From Vitrella brassicaformis CCMP3155 (taxonomy: Eukaryota; Protista; Chromerida), in assembly GCA_001179505.1 (NCBI GenBank), contig CDMY01000243.1, forward strand, positions 124,001 to 188,000: a DNA stretch of 64,000 nt. Direction: 5' to 3'. The translations under genes were made by a program, and so were the position numbers. Below the pieces are notes generated by a model that saw only the letters and a program-made list of their open reading frames with translations, did no database searches and was not told the DNA's origin. Positions 10,102 to 20,311 of the stretch are shown piece after piece; the stretch's first letter is position 1, and each line of letters starts with the position of its first letter.

Positions 10102-13071
10102 CTACTGGTGCGTTGTTGTCGCCTGCACCTCGGCCTCCCTCGTCTCCTTGGACACGTCATTACTATTCCGCTCCCCCGCCGTGTCCTTATCATCCAGACA
10201 GTCAGCGAAGGCAAACACGATAGACAGCCTTTCCTCTCGCCGCGGCAGCAGGTTCTCCAACCGCCCCCACCTGCACAAAAACACGCAGACAGACCAGCCT
10301 GGATGGATGTCTACACCCGTCATCTCTCTCGGTCTGTCTGACTTACCAGTCACAGACGAGCGGCTCGCCGTTTTCCTGCAGGACCTCCACACCTGCCCGA
10401 ATGCCGTGGTTCAAGTTCTGCATGCCAGAAAGGTCAGTCAGAAAGCCAGAGACAGCGTGGCATGTCAATCACACCTGCCTTGAGCACGGAGGGAGTCTTC
10501 CGCTTAGCTTACATAGCGTNNNNNNNNNNNNNNNNNNNNNNNNNNNNNNNNNNNNNNNNNNNNNNNNNNNNNNNNNNNNNNNNNNNNNNNNNNNNNNNNN
10601 NNNNNNNNNNNNNNNNNNNNNNNNNNNNNNNNNNNNNNNNNNNNNNNNNNNNNNNNNNNNNNNNNNNNNNNNNNNNNNNNNNNNNNNNNNNNNNNNNNNN
10701 NNNNNNNNNNNNNNNNNNNNNNNNNNNNNNNNNNNNNNNNNNNNNNNNNNNNNNNNNNNNNNNNNNNNNNNNNNNNNNNNNNNNNNNNNNNNNNNNNNNN
10801 NNNNNNNNNNNNNNNNNNNTTTGAGTCTCTTTGGGAGCTGACCCGGTTATCCGGTCCGTTTTTGACTGTGTACAGAGTGATCGGGATGGGCTGACCCACA
10901 TACGCAATTGACCCGCTTATGCGGTGACCCACTTACGCGGTCCGGACTGTAGATTGGCTGGACGCGGATGAGTCAGACGCCTTTTCCATGTCTTGACGAC
11001 GAATCTTCTTGCAAGACCGCTCAGATTGCATCACTTTGGGCGGTGTATGTGGATCAATGCCTGAGAGAAAAGAGTCCTGCCATCTCTACGTGAGAATAAG
11101 AGTCTTTGATGGTAGGCCCCGTAAATTGCGTATACGCAATTACTATTCCTTTGCTCCCCCGCCGTGTCATTATCATCCAGACAGTCAGGGAAGGCAAACA
11201 CGATAGACAGCCTTTCCTCTCGCCGCGGCAGCAGGTTCTCCAACCGCCCCCACCTGCACACAAACACGCAGAGAGATAAGCCTGGATGGATGTCTACACC
11301 CGTCATCTCTCTCGGTCTGTCTGACTTACCAGTCACAGACGAGCGGCTCGCCGTTTTCCTGCAGCACCTCCACACCCGCCCGAATGCCGTGGTTCAAGTT
11401 CTGCATGCCAGAAAGGTCAGTCAGAAAGCCAGAGACAGCGTGGCATGTCAATCACACCTGCCTTGAGCACGGAGGGAGTCTTCCGCTTAGCTTACATAGC
11501 GTGCGTCCCCCGAGAAGCTGACTAACGAACGGAGTCTAAAGAGGCAGTCAATGTCGCTGTCGGTCCAGGATGACCGAGCAATCTGAGCAGGGTTCTTGCG
11601 CACACCTGCCCAGCCCACGCAAATGCGCACAACAGACACGAACGAACAGATGAGAGAGAGGGCCGCCTGCCACGCACACGCGGCGGTGGCTGCTGCTCAC
11701 CGGTGGGGCAGTCGACGGGCGAGAAGGTGATGACAGTGCCAGAGAGGAGACCCAGAATGAAGACGTGAGGGCCGTCGGTCATCGGATCGACGTGGGCGTC
11801 GAGTTTGAAGAATCGAGAGTGGCGGTAGTTGATGGTGATGTCGCGCAGGGCGCCAACGTGATAGTCATGAGAGCTTCGGATGCGGTCAACCACCACCCGA
11901 AGGGACGGAGGGACCTTGGATTCATCGAAGTCCTCGGCGTAGCCCCACGGTGCACGTACCTGACGAGGACTCTCGTACCTCCCTGTCACCCCTGATCAAC
12001 GAACAGACGGGAATCCTGTTTTAAGAATGCATTCGTGTGTGTGCATGCCATGCCTACTTGTCATGTTGACTTTGCTGGACTTGGCCTCAAGGTCAGTCGG
12101 TGAACCGCCCTTGGCGTCACCGTTCATCACTGACGCTCCCGCTTCTGGGTCCCCTCCCTCCTCCCTGGTCGCCGTCGATGTTTTGTGTGGCGGCGGCACA
12201 CTCATCTCCTCCTCAAGGGCGAACACACGCAGCCCCTGTCCTGCAAGGTGGTCGATGCCGTACTTTGATATGATCTCCTTGAGCTCCTTGACAATGGCTT
12301 CGCTCTCCTCCTCGCTGACAAAATTCGGTTCGACCCGTACGCCTGGGTTCATCAACGCTGGCACAGGCTGGCCTTTCATATCCCTACCAACCAAAACAAC
12401 AGCCGCTTAGTACACATGTCAGCTAGCTGCGCTGTGTGCGTGTCTGTGTACCTGAGCCTTTCCTGGTCCGTATCGTTGAAGGGTCGATGGCGGAACTGGA
12501 TAGAATACACACGAAAATGAAAAGAGAGAATTCATTACTGGTCCACTCTGCGTTGCCGTCGTGTGGTGTGTGCTGAGCATCACACGCGTACGTACTTGCG
12601 GCACGAAGCTGTATCTAAGCTTGCCGTCCTCGGTCTCTATCTCTTCGGCATGCTTGACGCCATACTCCCGACGAATGAATGCCACTCTCTCCTCCCTGGT
12701 GCCGTGCACCGGCAGTCTGCCGTGACGGCCCGCACTCCTGCTGGGCTCCGATCCCTCGTCCTCCTCATCGCCCAGCGGCTGGTGGCTGTCTTTGGCGTCA
12801 TGGTTGTGCAGCTTCTCACAGTGAGCCACAGGAGGGAATCGGCTGCACGACAGGAAGCGCCGTGACGACGGGGCGTCTGGATCTGACCGACGGCTGTCTT
12901 GGGACCTCCTCAGCGCCCTTCGGCAGACCAGGAGCGCTCCAGCTGAAGGAAAGAGAAACACAAAAATGGCATATATTGTGGATCGACATTTCAGGACTGA
13001 TGAGTCCACCTACTTGCCAAGACTGCAGTCGCCTTTGCGGACAGGGGCGCAGCGTTCCAGGGCAAACTCAT
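10102..13071 (-). CDS. AlkB-family 2OG-Fe(II) dioxygenase (ALKBH7-like) with probable mitochondrial presequence; two alternative copies of the last exons (stops at 11031 or 10102)
   Basis: VEPNFVSEEES, an HxD motif (AHVDP), FSGDARY|NLNHGI (distal His) and RLSIVF (2OG-binding Arg). ATG at 13071 gives MSLPWNAAPLSAKATAVLA|TGALLVCRRALRRS. Confidence 0.8.
10159..10519 (-). repeat. Copy B of a ~360-bp direct duplication of the AlkB-like 3' exons (copy A is 11139-11502)
   Basis: Aligns by eye to 11139-11502 with about 8 substitutions and one in-frame 3-nt indel. The copies diverge completely left of ATTACTATTCC. Confidence 0.9.
10820..10951. mobile_element. One end (terminal inverted repeat plus subterminal repeats) of a Tc1/mariner-pogo(Tigger)-like DNA transposon or MITE; the rest is lost in the gap
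   Basis: The reverse complement reads TA|CAGTCCGGACCGCGTAAGTGGGTCA (TA target plus CAGT terminus; element end at 10949). Four TGACCC-anchored subterminal repeats lie at 10839, 10892, 10909 and 10925. Confidence 0.6.
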
Positions 13072-13455
13072 TTTCGTCGACGCAGCGTTCCCGAACGACC
13101 GGGTGTAGGGTTTGGGCAGAACCCTAGACCCTCACAATGGTTGGGATGGATGGAATGGACTTTAGTAAGAATTTCCCACTCCCATTCAAGGGCCACTCCA
13201 TACATGAATGGGAGACTCTCGCCTCTTCCATCCCCGACCATGGGTACTTAGCTGCTGACTTTTATTGCACGTGGGCCTGTAGATCGAACTCGGCTGACCT
13301 ACTGACCTACTGACTCACCACTCGGCATCAAACTTACAGTCGCATCGTCTCGAACTTAGTCCCGCATCAAGAATGTGGGAGATCCCAGGCCTCACCAGCG
13401 ATGTTTCCTAGCATACATGTCCAAAGATCACAGCTGAGGCAAGGCACCGGACATG

Positions 13456-15936
13456 TTAAGAGGCTGGATGGTCATAGTACGGATGAGCCGAGAAGGGACA
13501 GAGCTCTCTCAGACGGACAGGGCCATACACGGCAGGCTGCAGCGCGCGCAGTACGAACAGGCTGATGTAGGGCGCCCACAATGCTGTGAACACAGCAGTC
13601 GCGGCTAACAGTGTTTTCAGCCTGAACGTTAGGACTCCGGGCTCGGCCTGACTTCGCAGAATTGGCAGGTTGTGGAGACGCACCGACACCTGCAGACATC
13701 CATAGCACAATCAGGGGATGACAGTACGGCCGCGCATGTCTAAAGGCTGCCATCGCATATGTCTCCCTTCGCTAGTCCCCCCACTGACCATAAAGAGGAT
13801 GACTTCGCATGCCATCTCGATTGCGACCAGGAGACACAGCCCGCCCAACCTCTCGAACAGCCGGGACAGCGAGAAGGGAGACAGCAGCTGCTCCATCGAT
13901 ATGAGTGATAGATTGATGAAAATCAGAATCAGGCTCTCGGCCTGGTTGTAGGCGTGAGTTTGGTCGCTCAGAGCTCTGAGGTACCTCGGGCGGACGTCAT
14001 ATGCCATGAAATTGCTCTGCAGATCGATCACGGATGTCATGGATGATGGCCCACTTGTTGTCGACCGCATGCGGCCTGCCCGCATCACACTCTGATGGAT
14101 CTCACTCGACGATCGCCGCGGCTCCCCACTGCCGGCTCGGTTGATGAATAGCGCTGCTCCCTTGGTGCTCGTTGCCCGTGTGCGGGTTGTCTCGCTGCTG
14201 CCTGAAGTCTCGGAAAGGCCATGGAGGCCAGCCGTGTCTCCCGCTTTGGGCCAGCGGCTGTCGCGGATACGTGTGCACATTCGGATGATCTTGGCGTGGA
14301 GCATGTCAGCATAGGGCACTGCCAGGTCACCCAGAAGATCGTAGAGGGCGAACAGCAGAGACGACTTGATCTTGTAGCTGAGGGCAGTCATTTCAGCCTG
14401 CACAGGGGGAATGCTTCTGAACATCCATGTGTTGAGAAGTCATCATTCTCACTTGCAGGAAGCGAGGTACGATTAGCGAGATCAAAACGATTGGGAAGAT
14501 AACGCAGTAGTTGAATAGAGGAGGGCCGTCCCGCATCTTGCGACAAAGGCCATTCACGGTCGCCACCAAAGGAAAGCAGCTTAACAAACAGACGACCGCC
14601 AGTCGTGTCTTCTCGCTGTCCGTTGTGGCCCCCTCAGCTTTTGGCAGAAAGAGCCTCCCCCACACATGCGAGGCAGCCCATGGTGTATACACAAGGAAGG
14701 TCATCTGAATCGTATACAGCATCCGCCTCTTGACCACCCCCGGCATGTCTCTCGACACATGCCAGAAAAACCAGGGGATTATCACGGTGTATAGTGCCCT
14801 TTCCAATCTGTAAGAGCGAAGCAGGAAGTACCCATTGACAGAAGCAGATGCAGCCAGCGTCACAGGCCACATAGCTCCCAAACTGCATGTCTCACTTACG
14901 CAAAGGATATCAAATATATAGGTGTCAGCTGGGGGGATATGGCCAAGCTGCGGGCGATAGCATGAGCTGCTACGGTGATCGCCCAAAGAGCCCACAACTG
15001 GCGGATGCGCCGGAGTATTCGACGTGGGCGGCACCCCTCAACCAGTGCGACAAACCAAACAACAAATCCCGACCAGCCGATCGCAATGCGCGCGAAGTCA
15101 ATAACAACGCCCCCCATGTTAGACTCGCAACCCTTCCACACCAGCGGCACCGCCAAGACCAGCGGCACCGCTAGAATAAGTGCGAAAAGCACTTGTAAGA
15201 TAACCACTTGCATCACTCGCCGCAATGACCGCATGAATGGCTCAGGGAGTAAAACGCGCGCCAATCAGCACCTCCCTCACGTGGATTGTCTCTCCATCAT
15301 CCACCACATTCTGCTCGTAGACGAGGTGCGATTCGAACTCCTCGAAGGCCGCCGGGTATCCTGCAGACAGCGGTGCGGACAAGTCCAAAGATGCAACATT
15401 TGTGCTGTTGTGTCAAAACCCCGTTCCCACGATTCACCAGCAGCCTTTTCGAATTCCGATTTCATTGCCTTGATGGCCATCTCTTCGGCCCTGTTGGCTG
15501 GCGGCCCTCCTGCCCCCTCCTCAGAGATGTCCTGGAGAGTGGTCGACTGTGACGCCCCATGATGACAGGCGCTCCGAAGACCATTGGTTTGGCACGAAGG
15601 ACTCGTCCCTTGTTGAAGATTAAGGTCCAGGAGGCACTCGTTGCTGTGGACCTCTTTGTCGAGCGCTTCTTCCGAATCGGTCGCGAGCTGTTTGGGCCGC
15701 TCCTGCTGCTCAACCGACTGTGTTGCGCACGTGTCCTCGCAGCTGGGGCCGAGGCAGGTGTGCATGTCCTCCTGAAGACCACATTCATGCCGCCCCTCAC
15801 CGCCGTTCCCAGGGCCGGGCTCGGCGGGCTGTGGTGGGGCCTCCGACTCATCGTCGCTACGGCTGACACGTGGGCTGGCAGCATCACCATTGAGTGGGGG
15901 GTGGACACCATTGGCTGCGGTCATATGTAGCGCCAT
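13456..15936 (-). CDS. Hypothetical multi-pass membrane protein with long acidic disordered N-terminus; multi-exon, 5' junctions uncertain
   Basis: In-frame splices: SFA|LERALY (14899-14808), RFLQ|AEMTAL and ILFM|VSVRLH. At least 8 hydrophobic helices. The link to the upstream acidic exon (ATG 15936) needs a short intron with a weak acceptor near 15241-15280. Confidence 0.55.
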
Positions 15937-16011
15937 TATGTCGCCGGATAACAATCGCTGGCGCGAGCCGGAGAGCTCGCGATCCGATTCCGGACAAGAA
16001 CCCACCGCAGA

Positions 16012-19000
16012 ATGGCGAATGAAGATGTCACATCGATGGTTCTGCACCGATCTGCTCTGTACGTTGTTTCGGCCGATTGGTTTATCCGTCGGGGGCAAGG
16101 CGCAACGAGGGCGAATAAGGGGCGGGATGCACAGCTGACCAAACCATATGTGGAGCTGGGCACGCCCGATGTTGGGGCTCTCGGAAAGCGAATAAGCGGA
16201 GGGGCGGCTGCCACGTGAGCGGCAAGCCAAGGAACTTCAAGGCGGAAGGGTCACCGTGCGTCACATCTGTTGCTTGATTTTCGGTGTTGCAGGACAGCAT
16301 TGAGCCTGAAGGGCGGCGCGGCTGTGTTCGAGGAAGAGGAGGACAGCACTGCAGAGGCACGGGTGCTCAGACAATGGAAGTAAGCCTGCCTGAGTGACTC
16401 ACAGGATCTATACTTGTCATGTTTCTACCGGGGCTTTGATACAGCGAGGACAGCAGTAACCACTTGGATGTGCCCAAGGTGGCGGCCAAGAAGCAAGGGG
16501 CTGGCGCCAGCATCATTTGGTGAGCTTCTGTTGAGCAGACGCAGACGCAGATGCGACCGGCGTTGTCCTCTCCACGCAGGTCGGCGCTGAGCGACGCCAA
16601 GTCCCGCACGGTCACATGCAAGAGCCAGGTAACCTTCAAGCACCCCCCCGACGCCACACCCCAACGCACTCATGTCTTGTCTTGATTGATGAATGCAGAA
16701 AGCCCACCACGAGGTCTACCCCAGCATTTTTGCAGACAGAGAGGCAATCGACCTGGAAACTACAAGGGCTCTGGTCCCCGCTCGCGCAAAAGAGCACGTC
16801 GAATGGGATGTCCGACGTCATGACGAGGCACGAAGGATGTCAAGAAGCGGCTCGGTTCCATCCATTCACCCGAGTGTGAGGGCTTCCATGCTCAGCACTA
16901 TGGGCCATCGGCATTCACAGAGCACTGCATATGTCGAGAGCATCTTGGAGAGGGTATGACGAAGAGGGAGGCTCATCACCTGTGTCCATCACGCGCATTT
17001 CCTTCCTGTATTTGGTTGCTGCAGCGTCTTTCGTCAGCCAAACGCCGCTCGACCCTGTTGTCCATGGCCGAGGTGCCAGTCGGAAGGCGCGACAGCAGGC
17101 GAGAGAGCTGCCTGTCGCACGAGGGCGAGACATCCAGGCAACGGTGACCACCCATACTCTTTCGTCTCCCTCCTTTTTCACCACCAGCAATTGATTTCTC
17201 CGTGTTGTTCTCTTTGTCCTTCGCCCTCTCTGCGATATAGCCGGTCCTTCTATGTCTCGGCGCTCTCATCCAAGCCAAGGTGCGCAAACGTCTTCAACCG
17301 TGGGTTTGATGCAAGGAGCCATGTGGCTGTCACGCTCTCTCTGTGTGCGCAGACCGCTCCCCGTGCGTCTGCCCACATTGAAGGAATACATTGACCAAAC
17401 ACTGGGGCGGGTCACAGGGCGACAAGAAGGTACCCATGAACGCAACAGGCAGTCCACACACAAAGTCACGTCATGCACCTGTATGCACACGTGTGGCAGA
17501 GAGCACGGAGGAGTCAGGGGCCGTGGCAGGCATGCCGCCCGTCATGACGGCAGCCCGCAGGAATGAGTGGATTGCGAGGATGAACAAGAAGCTCAACGAC
17601 GTCAGCCGCGACTTCATGAAGCAGCGGTCAGCCTTCCTTGCGGAGGGCCTCCGGGACAGCCGCGGTCTGCCCAACCCCTCCCCTTCTCCCTCGGCACTGG
17701 GGGTCCTTCCCAGCCAGCCTGTCTCATCCACTAGCTCGCCACAGGGCACACGAGCTGGAGCCTTTCTCACCGAAATGAGAACTGGCGGCGCTGGCGGAGA
17801 AAGCCCTACGGCAGGAGGGGCTGATGGCGAAGAGACACGGCCGAGACAAAGCGACATGGACATCTACATGCGCTTCTTGGGCCTGCTGCGACAGCGAGGC
17901 ACTGCCTTGGCGCCGACCGAGAAGATAAAAAAGATCCTGGTCGACTACGAGGCTTCGAGGGAGAGCCTCGCCAGCCACGTGGCTGAGCTCTTCACCGTCA
18001 TCGTACAGGACCGCCCAGAGGTCTACCTCAAGAAAGGGAGAAACCTGCAGATTGTGCAACCTGATGGTGAGACAGACACATGTCGGAAGCGAGACATACG
18101 TGACGTACGCGACAGTACAGTGTCTCTGACTTGCACTGCAGGCCACATCCCCAAGGCGTACAGCCATGCACGGCGCTTCCTCGAAATGATGCGCCTGAAG
18201 GCCGAGGTGGACTTGCTCCGTCAATACAAGAGCAACGAGAGGCAAATACAGGCATACTTCGGCCTCCTCAAATTCGCATTCGATCACAGGTCGGTAAATT
18301 CGTCAGCGCATGACATGAAAGGGGATCGGTCGACGCGACGCCCCTCGTCGCGCCTGCGTGTCTGCAGGACTGAGATCAACTCGGCGGCCATCTACTTACT
18401 CGACGCCTTTCACAGCCTCCTGAATTCTGGCAAGAGGCTGACGATGGAGATTCTCGAGCAAATCCTGACCTCCATGGTGCTGACGGAGTTCACGCCCTTC
18501 ACATCCAAGCTCCTTTTGCGCACGAATGAAGCCATTGGGGCGACTGTCGACTTGCTGGCCGACTTCTTTAGACGCCATTTCCGCAACCTTCCCGGCGAGA
18601 TAGCCCGACTGTTCAAGCGGGGGACGGCAATAAGTCGGCTAGCACCGCTGAAGACTACCACCTTTATCGACCTAACCGATAGCAGAGGGCCATGCTCGCC
18701 TCCCCAAAGCCCCCGGCAGCATGTGGCGTCACCGCCACCGGGCCACGAGGACTCGCCGGCTCCCGCCCTCGCCCCCGCCCCGACGCTTGCCCCTCTGGCC
18801 GCCAGCTCACCTCCCCCGAAGCGCAGACGTCGGGTGAACCTTCTCGATGACAGCAAGCCAATGGGTGCCCGGATACGTGAAATGCCTCTCTTCTCGCCCG
18901 GGAGACCTCGCCAGCAGCTCCCATCACAAACCGGCGGTCTAGCCGATGATTTGGAGACGGCAGACAAGCCGCCTTATTACTTTATGTCGTCTCGGCTGAA

Positions 19001-19328
19001 GCGGAGATCGCCGAATCGACAGTCGGTGATGTTTCGCCGGCTGTCGAGCGTCATGCGAGGGGACGACGCGGCAGTCGCCATGGAGGGGGCGAGGCGGCTG
19101 TCCATCAGGGGCGGCATGCGGGACTCAATGACGGCTCACGACATGGCTGCCTTCACGCAAGCTGCAGACCTACGCCGAGGAACCACCCACATCAGGCTGA
19201 GCATTCCTGCTCTTGATGTCCCTGCCGCTCCACATGTCTCCGACTCGCGGCTCTCCTCACAGCGGCAGTCGATTGTCTCCCAAACCGAGCGGATTAGATT
19301 GCCGCACATTCAGAAAGGGCCACGGTGA
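16012..19328 (+). CDS. Hypothetical protein (~900 aa) with a helical central region and Ser/Pro/Arg-rich tails; multi-exon
   Basis: A chain of GT-AG-bounded in-frame exons runs from MANEDVTS through EDSSNHLDVPK, KAHHEVYPS and RPLPVRLPT into the long 17391-19328 ORF (MRFLGLLRQRG..AYFGLLKFAFDH|RTEINSAAIYLLDAF). No family recognised. Confidence 0.6.
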
Positions 19329-20311
19329 CCTGCGCATGACATGTATGCGTGTGTTGGGAGAGTGGGGGTGAGGGGATGAGGAGAAGGGTGTTGCTCTACT
19401 GTGCTCTCAGAGGTGCCAGTATGCGTGTCCGATTTTGCTGCGCTCCGCTGTACTGTGTGTGCTGTGCTGTGTTTCCCCTCGGCGAATCGATGCTCTCTTT
19501 GTTTTGCTGTGCTAGCCCTGTCATTTACTCACTCACAGGCACAGGGGGAAGGGGTCCGTCGGTAAGCTTCTCTCACTAAACGGTGTCTGTCTGTCTGTCT
19601 GTCTGTCATGATATGTATACGTGCGTACGTATGCACGCGTGCATGTCATGTACCCACTTAGCTTAGTATGCATCCCATCGTACCGTCCGTTGACCCCCGG
19701 ACCACTGGCTGCATGGACTGGGGCGGGGCGGGGCGGGGCGTGTATCGATGCCACTCCACTTGCCTGTCTGTCTGTCTGCCTGTCTGTGGACGGTACGGTG
19801 CTGTCTTGTCGTCTTGATCGAATTCTACACATGCCCAAAAAAAGCTTGCTGGCTGGCTTATAAGTTAGAAGCATCCATCCATCATGTACCTACCCCCCAT
19901 CCCCACCACCCACCACACACAGGATCCGAAGTATGTATGGAACACAACCGAACACAGGCCGTACGTACGTAGGCAGCATTTTCTGTCGTTCGGCAGGTCA
20001 CAATCCCTGCCGCCCTCTCTCTCTCTCCACTCCCCTCCCCTCACACATGGAATGGATCACACGCACACGCACATGGACACATGGACACATGGACATGCAG
20101 ATGTTGGTACGAACACACGTATCCACACGCACACGCAGCACACGCCCAGACGCCATATATCGACAAAACTCAACGAGTCAACCAGTCCTTGCCTGCGCCC
20201 AGGTCCACACCCAGGCCAACAAAAAAAAAAGATAGAAATTGACCCATCCATCAGTCTAGCTGTTCCATGTATGGTCCACACATGTCTAGATAATAATAAT
20301 ATTGTCATCAA

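Noticed and set aside
10839-10943. Short repeats with spacers resembling a CRISPR array
   Set aside because: Repeats are degenerate and nearly adjacent, there are no cas genes, the context is eukaryotic, and a TA-CAGT terminus explains them better as a transposon end.
14883-14899. Apparent 17-nt GT-AG micro-intron that would join two frames
   Set aside because: The same donor reaches a stronger, same-phase acceptor with a pyrimidine tract (CTTCGCTCTTACAG at 14808), giving an ordinary 92-nt intron.
15241-15290. Possible Sec or stop-codon readthrough linking the acidic exon to the membrane ORF
   Set aside because: The flanking coding segments are in different frames, so readthrough cannot join them. 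Splicing is required.
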